Positions 1-10,147 of a stretch of 64,000 nucleotides of DNA are shown here, piece by piece. Made by a program: the position numbers and the translations under genes. The notes below the pieces were generated by a model that had not been told where the DNA came from, made no database searches, and saw only the letters and a list, made by a program, of their open reading frames with translations. Every line of letters starts with the position of its first letter. Positions within the stretch are counted from its first letter, which is position 1. The stretch lies in contig JAJCTO010000017.1 of the NCBI GenBank assembly GCA_046563655.1, forward strand, positions 62,001 to 126,000. The letters run 5' to 3'. This DNA is from Yuukianura sp. NJ FZ-2021 (Eukaryota).

Positions 1-3000
1 AACACTTCAGATGGGCTTTCACAAGCATAATTTCGGTTTGCAGTTTTGACTCCTCAGATAGCCCAGAATGACTTTTTGGTGAGTTTTAAATGAAAAAAAT
101 GGATTTTACGGAGAAAAATTGAGCTTGGAACACTTCAGATCAGCTTTCAGAAGCATAATTTCGGTTTGCAATTTTGACTCCTCAGATAGCCCAGAATGAC
201 CTTTTGAAGAGTATTTAATGAAAAAAATGATTTTTTGGTGAAAAATTGAGTCTGGAACACTTAAGATGGGCTTTCACAAGCATAATTTCGGTTTGCAGTT
301 TTGACTCCTCAGATAGCCCAGAATGACTTTTTGGTGAGTTTTAAATAAAAAAAAATGGATTTCTCGAAGAAAATTGAGCTTGGAACACTTCAGATGGGCT
401 TTCACAAGCATAATTTCGGTTTGCAATTTTGACATCTCAGATAGCCCAGAATGACTTTTTGAAGAGTATTTAATGAAAAAAATGAATTTTTGGTGAAAAA
501 TTGAGCTTGGAACACTTCAGATGGGCTTTCAGAAGCATAATTTCGGTTTGCAATTTTGACTCCTCAGATAGCCCAGAATGACCTTTTGAAGAGTATTTAA
601 TGAAAAAAAAAATGATTTTTTGGTGAAAAATTGAGTCTGGAACACTTCAGATGAGCTTTCACAAGCATAATTTCGGTTTGCAATTTTGACTCCTCAGATA
701 GCCCAGAATGACTTTTTGGTGAGTTTTAAATGAAAAAAAAAATGGATTTTTCAGAGAAAAATTTAGCTTGGAACACTTCAGATTGGCTTTCACAAGCATA
801 ATTTCGGTTTGCAGTTTTGACTCCTCAGATAGCCCTGAATGACTTTTTGAAGAGTATTTAATGGAAAAAATGATTTTTTGGTGAAAAATTGAGCTTGGAA
901 CACTTCAGATGGGCTTTCAGAAGCATAATTTCGGTTTGCAATTTTGACTCCTCAGATAGCCCAGAATGACCTTTTGAAGAGTATTTAATGAAAAAAATGA
1001 TTTTTTGGTGAAAAATTGAGTCTGGAACACTTCAGATGGGCTTTCACAAGCATAATTTCGGTTTGCAATTTTGACTCCTCAGATAGCCCAGAATGACTTT
1101 TTGGTGAGTTTTAAATGAAAAAAATGGATTTTTCGGAGAAAAAGTGAGCGTGGAACACTTCAGATGGGCTTTCAGAAGCATAATTTCGGTTTGCAATTTT
1201 GACTCCTCAGATAGCCCAGAATGACTTTTTGGTGAGTTTTAAATGAAAAAAAATGGATTTTTCCGAGAAAAATTTAGCTTGGAACACTTCAGATGGGCTT
1301 TCAGAAGCATAATTTCGGTTTGCAATTTTGACTCCTCAGATAGCCCAGAATGACTTTTTGGTGAGTTTTAAATGAAAAAAATGGATTTTTCGGAGAAAAA
1401 GTGAGCGTGGAACACTTCAGATGGGCTTTCACAAGCATAATTTCGTTTTGCAATTTTGACATCTCAGATAGCCCAGAATGACTTTTTGAAGAGTATTTAA
1501 TGAAAAAAATGATTTTTTGGTGAAAAATTGAGTCTGGAACACTTCAGATGGGCTTTCACAAGCATAATTTCGGTTTGCAGTTTTGACTCCTCAGATAGCC
1601 CAGAATGACTTTTTGGTGAGTTTTAAATGAAAAAAATGGATTTTACGGAGAAAAATTGAGCTTGGAACACTTCAGATGGGCTTTCAGAAGCATAATTTCG
1701 GTTTGCAATTTTGACTCCTCAGATAGCCCAGAATGACCTTTTGAAGAGTATTTAATGAAAAAAATGATTTTTTGGTGAAAAATTGAGTCTGGAACACTTC
1801 AGATGGGCTTTCACAAGCATAATTTCGGTTTGCAGTTTTGACTCCTCAGATAGCCCAGAATGACTTTTTGAAGAGTATTTAATGAAAAAAATGATTTTTT
1901 GGTGAAAAATTGAGCTTGGAACACTTCAGATGGGCTTTCAGAAGCATAATTTCGGTTTGCAATTTTGACTCCTCAGATAGCCCAGAATGACCTTTTGAAG
2001 AGTATTTAATGAAAAAAAAAATGATTTTTTGGTGAAAAATTGAGTCTGGAACACTTCAGATGAGCTTTCACAAGCATAATTTCGGTTTGCAATTTTGACT
2101 CCTCAGATAGCCCAGAATGACTTTTTGGTGAGTTTTAAATGAAAAAAATGGATTTTTCAGAGAAAAAGTGAGCTTGAAACACTTCAGATGGGCTTTCACA
2201 AGCATAATTTCGGTTTGCAATTTTGACTCCTCAGATAGCCCAGAATGACTTTTTGAAGAGTATTTAATGAAAAAAATGATTTTTTGGTGAAAAATTGAGC
2301 TTGGAACACTTCAGATGGGCTTTCAGAAGCATAATTTCGGTTTGCAATTTTGACTCCTCAGATAGCCCAGAATGACCTTTTGAAGAGTATTTAATGAAAA
2401 AAAAATGATTTTTTGGTGAAAAATTGAGTCTGGAACACTTCAGATGGGCTTTCACAAGCATAATTTCGGTTTGCAGTTTTGACTCCTCAGATAGCCCAGA
2501 ATGACTTTTTGGTGAGTTTTAAATGAAAAAAAAATGGATTTTTCGGAGAAAAAGTGAGCGTGGAACACTTCAGATGGGCTTTCAGAAGCATAATTTCGGT
2601 TTGCAATTTTGACTCCTCAGATAGCCCAGAATGACTTTTTGGTGAGTTTTAAATGAAAAAAATGGATTTTTCGGAGAAAAATTTAGCTTGGAACACTTCA
2701 GATGGGCTTTCAGAAGCATAATTTCGGTTTGCAATTTTGACTCCTCAGATAGCCCAGAATGACTTTTTGGTGAGTTTTAAATGAAAAAAAATGGATTTTT
2801 CGGAGAAAAAGTGAGCGTGGAACACTTCAGATGGGCTTTCACAAGCATAATTTCGTTTTGCAATTTTGACATCTCAGATAGCCCAGAATTACTTTTTGAA
2901 GAGTATTTAATGAAAAAAATGATTTTTTGGTGAAAAATTGAGTCTGGAACACTTCAGATGGGCTTTCACAAGCATAATTTCGGTTTGCAGTTTTGACTCC

Positions 3001-5358
3001 TCAGATAGCCCAGAATGACTTTTTGGTGAGTTTTAAATGAAAAAAATGGATTTTACGGAGAAAAATTGAGCTTGGAACACTTCAGATGGGCTTTCAGAAG
3101 CATAATTTCGGTTTGCAATTTTGACTCCTCAGATAGCCCAGAATGACCTTTTGAAGAGTATTTAATGAAAAAAATGATTTTTTGGTGAAAAATTGAGTCT
3201 GGAACACTTAAGATGGGCTTTCACAAGCATAATTTCGGTTTGCAGTTTTGACTCCTCAGATAGCCCAGAATGACTTTTTGGTGAGTTTTAAATAAAAAAA
3301 AATGGATTTCTCGAAGAAAATTGAGCTTGGAACACTTCAGATGGGCTTTCACAAGCATAATTTCGGTTTGCAATTTTGACATCTCAGATAGCCCAGAATG
3401 ACTTTTTGAAGAGTATTTAATGAAAAAAATGATTTTTTGGTGAAAAATTGAGTCTGGAACACTTCAGATGAGCTTTCACAAGCATAATTTCGGTTTGCAA
3501 TTTTGACTCCTCAGATAGCCAGAATGACTTTTTGGTGAGTTTTAAATGAAAAAAAAAATGGATTTTTCAGAGAAAAAGTGAGCGTGGAACACTTCAGATG
3601 GGCCTTCACAAGCATAATTTCGGTTACAATTTTGACTCCTCAGATAGCCCAGAATGACTTTTTGAAGAGTATTTAATGAAAAAAAAATGATTTTTTGGTG
3701 AAAAATTGAGCTTGGAACACTTCAGATGGGCTTTCAGAAGCATAATTTCGGTTTGCAATTTTGACTCCTCAGATAGCCCAGAATGACCTTTTGAAGAGTA
3801 TTTAATGAAAAAAAATGATTTTTTGGTGAAAAATTGAGTCTGGAACACTTCAGATGGGCTTTCACAAGCATAATTTCGGTTTGCAGTTTTGACTCCTCAG
3901 ATAGCCCAGAATGACTTTTTGGTGAGTTTTAAATGAAAAAAATGGATTTTTCGGAGAAAAAGTGAGCGTGGAACACTTCAGATGGGCTTTCACAAGCATA
4001 ATTTCGTTTTGTAATTTTGACATCTCAGATAGCCCAGAATTACTTTCTGAAGAGTATTTAATGAAAAAAATGATTTTTTGGTGAAAAATTGAGTCTGGAA
4101 CACTTCAGATGGGCTTTCACAAGCATAATTTCGGTTTGCAATTTTGACTCCTCAGATAGCCCAGAATGACTTTTTGGTGAGTTTTAAATGAAAAAAATGG
4201 ATTTTTCGGAGAAAAAGTGAGCGTGGAACACTTCAGATGGGCTTTCAGAAGCATAATTTCGGTTTGCAATTTTGACTCCTCAGATAGCCCAGAATGACTT
4301 TTTGGTGAGTTTTAAATGAAAAAAAAAATGGATTTTTCAGAGAAAAATTTAGCTTGGAACACTTCAGATTGGCTTTCACAAGCATAATTTTGGTTTGCAA
4401 TTTTCACTCCTCAGATAGCCCTGAATGACTTTTTGGTGAGTTTTAAATGAAAAAAATGGATTTTACGGAGAAAAATTGAGCTTGGAACACTTCAGATGGG
4501 CTTTCAGAAGCATAACTTCGGTTTGCAATTTTGACTCCTCAGATAGCCCAGAATGACTTTTTGAAGAGTATTTAATGAAAAAAATGATTTTTTGGTGAAA
4601 AATTGAGTCTGGAACACTTCAGATGGGCTTTCACAAGCATAATTTCGGTTTGCAGTTTTGACTCCTCAGATAGCCCAGAATGACTTTTTGGTGAGTTTTA
4701 AATGAAAAAAAAATGGATTTTTCGGAGAAAAAGTGAGCGTGGAACACTTCAGATGGGCTTTCACAAGCATAATTTCGTTTTGCAATTTTGACATCTCAGA
4801 TAGCCCAGAATGACTTTTTGAAGAGTATTTAATGAAAAAAATGATTTTTTGGTGAAAAATTGAGCTTGGAACACTTCAGATGGGCCTTCACAAGCATAAT
4901 TTCGGTTACAATTTTGACTCCTCAGATAGCCTAGAATGACTTTTTGGTGAGTTTTAAATGAAAAAAATGGATTTTACGGAGAAAAATTGAGCTTGGAACA
5001 CTTCAGATGGGCTTTCAGAAGCATAATTTCGGTTTGCAATTTTGACTCCTCAGATAGCCCAGAATGACCTTTTGAAGAGTATTTAATGAAAAAAATGATT
5101 TTTTGGTGAAAAATTGAGTCTGGAACACTTCAGATGGGCTTTCACAAGCATAATTTCGGTTTGCAGTTTTGACTCCTCAGATAGCCCAGAATGACTTTTT
5201 GGTGAGTTTTAAATAAAAAAAATGGATTTCTCGAAGAAAATTGAGCTTGGAACACTTCAGATGGGGTTTCACAAGCATAATTTCGGTTTGCAGTTTTGAC
5301 TCCTCAGATAGCCCAGAATGACTTTTTGAAGAGTATTTAATGAAAAAAATGATTTTTT
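1..5358. repeat. 128-bp satellite DNA array (two monomer types, A and B)
   Basis: AACACTTCAGATGGGCTTTC recurs every ~128 bp (1, 129, ...). The shared core is followed by either GAAGAGTATTTAATGA7TGATTTTTTGGTG (type A) or GGTGAGTTTTAAATGA7TGGATTTTTCGGAG (type B). Confidence 0.98.
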
Positions 5359-5382
5359 TGGGTTTATTTTAGTTTCACAGTC

Positions 5383-5399
5383 ACCTGCCAAAGGCAGGT
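5383..5399 (-). other. 3' UTR stem-loop of CRE-A
   Basis: ACCTGCC-AAA-GGCAGGT perfect 7-bp stem. The same stem is present in CRE-B at 58504-58520. Confidence 0.75.
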
Positions 5400-5427
5400 T
5401 GAGAAAAGAAGTAGGATTTAAGTTAGA

Positions 5428-7038
5428 TTATAATATGAATAACTCGTAAAGATCTTTTCCTGAGGGTAAGGTTCCCAAGATTGAGCAGGAGTTTCCGCGT
5501 TGAACAGCTAGGCTTATTCGTTGTAGGAAGAAGGTCGTGGCTCGTTTATCTCCAGATGCTTCTGACAGCCGATGTCCGATTTGTTTTAGTAGACGAAGAC
5601 CTTCGGATCCGAATACACCTGATGTCTCGACGGCAATGATGGATACGACGAAGCGAGATTCTAGGTCACGATAGAGATGATGTTTGTGTGTCTCTGCTAA
5701 TTCGGCTGCATGACCATAGCGGGAAGACGATGTCGAAAGGTAGGAATTTGCATAAGTGTCACGGCAGGTAAAGTCCCAGCAGAGGCAGCGTCCTGAGCTC
5801 CAAGGAATGAGAGTAACACCATCTGGCCGTTTGCCATCGGATCTGCTGCAGCCGACAGGTTCTTTAATTGAAGGAAATCCAGCGGTTTGTAATGCTCTGA
5901 AGATTATGTCGTTGACTGAGTTGTGACGCGAGTGTCTTCCGGCGCTACGCTTACAGCTTAAACCGTGGAGACCGTTACTTGACACCGGAGCACCGCACGA
6001 GCAGATATGAGGTTGGCATATATCAGTTCCTAGGCGAAGAGCACAAGAAATCCTAAAAGATTCGTCCGAAAGTAGAGTTCCAAGTTGTCCGGAGGGAATT
6101 GCGTGTAACCAATCTCCAGAATGTGGTGCAGCGGCAGCCAGTAGTCTTGCTTTGTCGATAAGGGTTGAAGAGTTCTGAACTAGGGAAGAAGAAATTTGCT
6201 TAAAGACTTGAATTTCCCAGAGGTTTTGAGATTTTTTGTCCTGTGGAATAACGAAGCCCAATTGAGACCAGTTGAACAAAGCCAAATCCATTGAATTGTC
6301 GAAGGGTGACAGGGAAGACGGCAGAAATGTAGAAATTAGCTCCGCACAACTATGGACTGATGCCAAAAACGAAAATGTAGCGCAGTCCTTAGCGTGGCGA
6401 ACTCCTAATCCGCCCAAGTTCACCGGTAGACTTAACTGAGACCAAGCGTGTGAAGACAAAGTAGAATTGAGAATCGATTCCATCACTGCACGTAGTGCAC
6501 AGTCGTATTCATCGAGAAGGTCGGTTTCCAGAAACGAAGGAGCACATCTGAGAAAATATAGGAGGCTTGGGGTGGAAATTGAAGCTCGAAGCAGGTAGAA
6601 CGCAATGTGGGCAGGTATGTCCGACAACTTAGATGAGAGTGACTTGAAGTTCTCTGTTTTGCATTTGAGAATCCGACGAGACGATTCTTTGAAAAGAGGC
6701 GCTCCTAGAAGTTCAGCTTGATCATAATCAGGGAAGATGATGTCTGGAGAAACAGATTGGAATGATTGGACGATTGAGCGGGACTCAATTGCTTCTGCAC
6801 TTAGAATGAAGACTTCACATTTTCTTAGGTTAAGTTCTAGTCCAAACGAAGAGGCTTCTCTTTGGATGTATTTGAGATTTTCGAGAACGACATCCGGAGT
6901 ATCGGCAATCGTTGCGTCATCTAAATACCAGATGTTGACATCAGTGGATAATGAAGAGGCCAATTGGTGGATGGTTAAAGCGAAAAGAGCAGGACCAAGG
7001 GGATCCCCTGTTGCACTCCTAGTTTCGATTTGATGCAA
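5428..7038 (-). CDS. CRE-A ORF, C-terminal part: RT catalytic core, thumb, zinc knuckle and RLE endonuclease
   Basis: GDPLGP, WYLDD, GLELNLRKC, LPVNLGGLG, CSCG..HGLSC, RH, RPDG, WDFT, K..LY. Confidence 0.9.
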   Translation of the reverse strand: MHQIETRSATGDPLGPALFALTIHQLASSLSTDVNIWYLDDATIADTPDVVLENLKYIQREASSFGLELNLRKCEVFILSAEAIESRSIVQSFQSVSPDIIFPDYDQAELLGAPLFKESSRRILKCKTENFKSLSSKLSDIPAHIAFYLLRASISTPSLLYFLRCAPSFLETDLLDEYDCALRAVMESILNSTLSSHAWSQLSLPVNLGGLGVRHAKDCATFSFLASVHSCAELISTFLPSSLSPFDNSMDLALFNWSQLGFVIPQDKKSQNLWEIQVFKQISSSLVQNSSTLIDKARLLAAAAPHSGDWLHAIPSGQLGTLLSDESFRISCALRLGTDICQPHICSCGAPVSSNGLHGLSCKRSAGRHSRHNSVNDIIFRALQTAGFPSIKEPVGCSRSDGKRPDGVTLIPWSSGRCLCWDFTCRDTYANSYLSTSSSRYGHAAELAETHKHHLYRDLESRFVVSIIAVETSGVFGSEGLRLLKQIGHRLSEASGDKRATTFFLQRISLAVQRGNSCSILGTLPSGKDLYELFIL

Positions 7039-10000
7039 GCAGAGTCGTAGTAGAGATCTGAATCGTGCGAATAAGCTTCAGAGACGAATTTGTAGAAGTC
7101 TGGAAGTATGGTCTTCACAATGTCCAGCATACGGTCTCTTCTAATTAAGTTGAAGGCATTGCGAAAGTCCATCTTGAGTAGAACCTTGGCAGAACCATGG
7201 TTGGCATTACAGAAGATTCTGGCAGCGTGGGCGACGGCTTCAGCACCATTCTTGATTCCAACGCCAACTTGGATCGGGCTTAAGGTTGAAGTAATGACAT
7301 TCAACGAGTGAGATAGGATAAGTTTAGACACGAGGCGTCTCCAAGTAAGGCCGATTGCGATAGGACGAATGCCTCCATTCTTCTTTTGGATTGCTAATAG
7401 AGTTGCGCCAAAAAAAATTCGTCTCACTTCATCGGGAAGAGAACCATTTGTAATGAAGTTACACAATCCAGAAACTGATGCTAGAAGAGCTTCTCCTTCA
7501 TCGCCTGAGGACTTTGAAGTTAGTTCCTTTAGAATCTGTGGACGAAAAGAGTCCAGGCCTCCGGCGGATCCATTTGGGAATGACGAGATGGCTTTGATGA
7601 CGTGACAGTTTTCAAAGATAACCTCAGATCTCGGAGGTGCGGCAGGAAACGAGGTTGGTAGTGGATGATCGGGATGCAATTGGTGGAGAATGTTCAAAGT
7701 ATCAGAGTCTTTGGAGGCTATGCAATCTTCGGAGACCAGGATTCGAACTGCACCGCGTATATCCCCGTCGGCTAGTTTAGATTGAATGACCTTTGAGGAG
7801 TTACAGTGATGTGAGGACGGATGATGGCCACGAGAGAATTGCTTGAATTGATGATGGGAGATGTTTGCAGGCGCCTCAGAAGTGATACGGCTAGCGTTTG
7901 TCTTCACCCATTTGGTTAGATTTGTGACAGCATCGTCTTTTGACGGAATGGGAAAAACTTGGTAGGGGAAGTAGAATAACTTTGCCCAAGAATCTGTAGA
8001 GTTGTGCTCGATTGCTTGGTCGATGATGGTGGACAGGGCAGAGGCGGTCGTTCTTCTTGCTCCTTTTGGAATGTGTTTGAGTGTGGACGTAGATTTTCTT
8101 AAGTCAGCAAGCTTTAGCCCAAGAGAAGTTGTAGAGATATCTTCATTGGAAGGAGCGGACCAAGTGATGTCGAAGTAAGATTGTTGAGAATGTTTGCGTC
8201 CGCCGGCTCGTGTTTTGGTAATGTTTGGAAAAGCTTTTAATAGTTTCAATCCAATTGTCGCGTCGGCTAAAGGTTTGATCTTCACATCAGAGCAAAAAGA
8301 ATGGTATTTATCTTTTAGATCTTGTTTCTTGATCAAAGCTCCAGAAGCCTCCTGAATGTTGTTCTTGATCCAGTCGTCAGTTAGTTTAGAAATTTGTGAT
8401 TTTGTTAAACACTCGGATGAGAAGCTGGAATCTGCTTCATTGGTAGCACGAACTGGTGAAAAGTTGGAAGCGTCATCATTGGTAGCACGAACTGATGAAA
8501 AGTTGGGAGCAGCTTCATTGGTAGCACGAGCTGATGAAAAGTTGGAAGAGTCTTCGTTGGCAGCAGTATCTGATGAAAAGTTGGAAGCGTCTTCATTTGT
8601 AGCACGAACTGATGAAAAGTTGGAAGCAGCTTCGTTGGTAGCACGAACTGATGAAAGTTTGGAAGCATCTTCATTGGTAGCACGAGCTGATGAAAAGTTG
8701 GAAGCGGCTTCGTTGGCAGCAGTAACTGATGAAACGTTGGAAGCGTCTTCATTTGTAGCACGAACTGATGAAAAGTTGGAAGCAGCTTCGTTGGTAGCAC
8801 GAACTGATGAAAAGTTGGAAGCGTCTTCATTGATAGCAGGGACTGATGAAAAGTTGGGAGCGGCTTCATTGGTAACACGAACTGATGAAAAGTTGGAAGA
8901 GTCTTCGTTGGCAGCAGTATCTGATGAAAAGTTGGAAGCGTCTTCATTTGTAGCACGAACTGATGAAAAGTTGGAAGCAGCTTTGTTGGTGGCACGAACT
9001 GATGAAAGTTTGGAAGCATCTTCATTGGTAGCACGAGCTGATGAAAAGTTGGAAGCGGCTTCGTTGGCAGCAGTAACTGATGAAAAGTTGGAAGCGTCTT
9101 CATTTGTAGCACGAACTGATGAAAAGTTGGAAGCAGCTTCGTTGGTAGCACGAACTGATGAAAAGTTGGAAGCGTCTTCATTGATAGCAGGGACTGATGA
9201 AAAGTTGGGAGCGGCTTCATTGGTAACACGAACTGATGAAAAGTTGGAAGCGTCTTCATTGATAGCAGGGACTGATGAAAAGTTGGGAGCGGCTTCATTG
9301 GTAACACGAACTGATGAAAAGTTGGAAGAGTCTTCGTTGGCAGCAGTATCTGATGAAAAGTTGGAAGCGTCTTCATTTGTAGCACGAACTGATGAAAAGT
9401 TGGAAGCAGCTTTGTTGGTGGCACGAACTGATGAAAGTTTGGAAGCATCTTCATTGGTAGCACGAGCTGATGAAAAGTTGGAAGCGGCTTCGTTGGCAGC
9501 AGTAACTGATGAAAAGTTGGAAGCGTCTTCATTTGTAGCACGAACTGATGAAAAGTTGGAAGCAGCTTCGTTGGTAGCACGAACTGATGAAAAGTTGGAA
9601 GCGTCTTCATTGATAGCAGGGACTGATGAAAAGTTGGGAGCGGCTTCATTGGTAACACGAACTGATGAAAAGTCGGAAGAGGTTTTGCTGGCAGCAGGAA
9701 CTGATGAAAGTTTGGAAGCATCTTCATTGGTAGCACGAACTGATGAAAAGTGGGAAGCGTCTTTGTTGTTTGTTGAAGCAGAAGCACCGGAATCGAAGTG
9801 ATTTGATGTTGTAGAAGTTGCCATGGAAATTGATTTCATTTTACTTCGATTTCTTAATTTTCGCTGCATCGTAATTGTTGCTATGGAGATGAAGTGAAGG
9901 TTGAATGTAGTTGTTGAAAACTTTGTAACTGTTGAAGGAGCGAATGTGACTGGGGGTCCAAGTGACGAAACAGGTCCGCTAAGGCCGGATTGGTCACGTA

Positions 10001-10061
10001 ATTTTGTGAAACTTATCACAAGTTGACCAGCACAACTAGCTCTGCCAGATGATATGAGCAA
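6975..10061 (-). CDS. CRE-A ORF, N-terminal part: 13-aa repeat region, RFX-like winged helix, RT domains 0-4 (first ATG at 9869; frameshift at ~7005-7008)
   Basis: RT motifs SAGGLDSFRP, GIRPIAIG, QVGVG, DFRNAFN, GVQQG. One G is missing from CAG GGG GAT CCC (QGDP), shifting the frame into the next ORF. Confidence 0.88.
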   Translation of the reverse strand: MLISSGRASCAGQLVISFTKLRDQSGLSGPVSSLGPPVTFAPSTVTKFSTTTFNLHFISIATITMQRKLRNRSKMKSISMATSTTSNHFDSGASASTNNKDASHFSSVRATNEDASKLSSVPAASKTSSDFSSVRVTNEAAPNFSSVPAINEDASNFSSVRATNEAASNFSSVRATNEDASNFSSVTAANEAASNFSSARATNEDASKLSSVRATNKAASNFSSVRATNEDASNFSSDTAANEDSSNFSSVRVTNEAAPNFSSVPAINEDASNFSSVRVTNEAAPNFSSVPAINEDASNFSSVRATNEAASNFSSVRATNEDASNFSSVTAANEAASNFSSARATNEDASKLSSVRATNKAASNFSSVRATNEDASNFSSDTAANEDSSNFSSVRVTNEAAPNFSSVPAINEDASNFSSVRATNEAASNFSSVRATNEDASNVSSVTAANEAASNFSSARATNEDASKLSSVRATNEAASNFSSVRATNEDASNFSSDTAANEDSSNFSSARATNEAAPNFSSVRATNDDASNFSPVRATNEADSSFSSECLTKSQISKLTDDWIKNNIQEASGALIKKQDLKDKYHSFCSDVKIKPLADATIGLKLLKAFPNITKTRAGGRKHSQQSYFDITWSAPSNEDISTTSLGLKLADLRKSTSTLKHIPKGARRTTASALSTIIDQAIEHNSTDSWAKLFYFPYQVFPIPSKDDAVTNLTKWVKTNASRITSEAPANISHHQFKQFSRGHHPSSHHCNSSKVIQSKLADGDIRGAVRILVSEDCIASKDSDTLNILHQLHPDHPLPTSFPAAPPRSEVIFENCHVIKAISSFPNGSAGGLDSFRPQILKELTSKSSGDEGEALLASVSGLCNFITNGSLPDEVRRIFFGATLLAIQKKNGGIRPIAIGLTWRRLVSKLILSHSLNVITSTLSPIQVGVGIKNGAEAVAHAARIFCNANHGSAKVLLKMDFRNAFNLIRRDRMLDIVKTILPDFYKFVSEAYSHDSDLYYDSACIKSKLGVQQGIPLVLLFSL
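8160..8381 (-). other. RFX-type winged-helix DNA-binding domain within CRE-A ORF
   Basis: TDDWIKNNIQEASGALIKKQDLKDKYHSFCSDVKIKPLADATIGLKLLKAFPNITKTRAGGRKHSQQSYFDITW aligns without gaps to the RFX DBD pattern W-l--n-----G--l-r--l---Y---C------P-----fG------F-----rR-G-Rg-S---Y--i (alignment by eye). Confidence 0.75.
8415..9765 (-). repeat. In-frame 39-bp coding minisatellite (~34-35 copies of NFSSVRATNE[A/D]AS)
   Basis: CTGATGAAAAGTTGGAAGC recurs every 39 bp on the + strand. A 9-unit higher-order block occurs about three times. Confidence 0.97.
9817..9830 (-). promoter_or_regulatory. RFX X-box-like motif ATTTCCATGGCAAC
   Basis: Matches the X-box consensus RTHNYYWTRRNRAC at all 14 positions and contains an in-frame ATG (MATST). 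Confidence 0.55.
9877..9890 (-). promoter_or_regulatory. RFX X-box-like motif ATCTCCATAGCAAC
   Basis: Matches RTHNYYWTRRNRAC. It lies exactly 60 bp from the first motif and just upstream of the first ATG (9869). Confidence 0.55.
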
Positions 10062-10147
10062 AAGGAGGATAGTTCACTAAGTAAAGCCTAAAAAAACTGA
10101 AAAATGTGGAGCGAATTTTTCGTGACTTTCTAAATTTTTAATTTTTT

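Larger units (their letters stand above)
5359..10147 (-). mobile_element. CRE-clade RLE non-LTR retrotransposon, apparently full length (CRE-A)
   Basis: Single long ORF (one frameshift) with RT and a C-terminal zinc knuckle plus PD-D restriction-like endonuclease. AATAAA on the minus strand at 5363-5368 near the 3' end. TSD TGATTTTTT(GG) at 5350-5358 and 10148-10156. Satellite phase resumes after the element. Confidence 0.92.

Noticed and set aside
29..45. TTTCGGTTTG as a CENP-B box
   Set aside because: It lacks the downstream A..CGGG positions of the CENP-B box consensus.
8450..9750. Repeated CTGATGA...GAAA resembling hammerhead ribozyme cores
   Set aside because: No stem II/III pairing is visible, and the motif is just the antisense of the Phe-Ser-Ser codons.
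8356..9801. 481-aa antisense ORF and 460-aa alternative-frame ORF
   Set aside because: Both are by-products of a 39-bp repeat lacking stops in those frames, and both end at the repeat edges.
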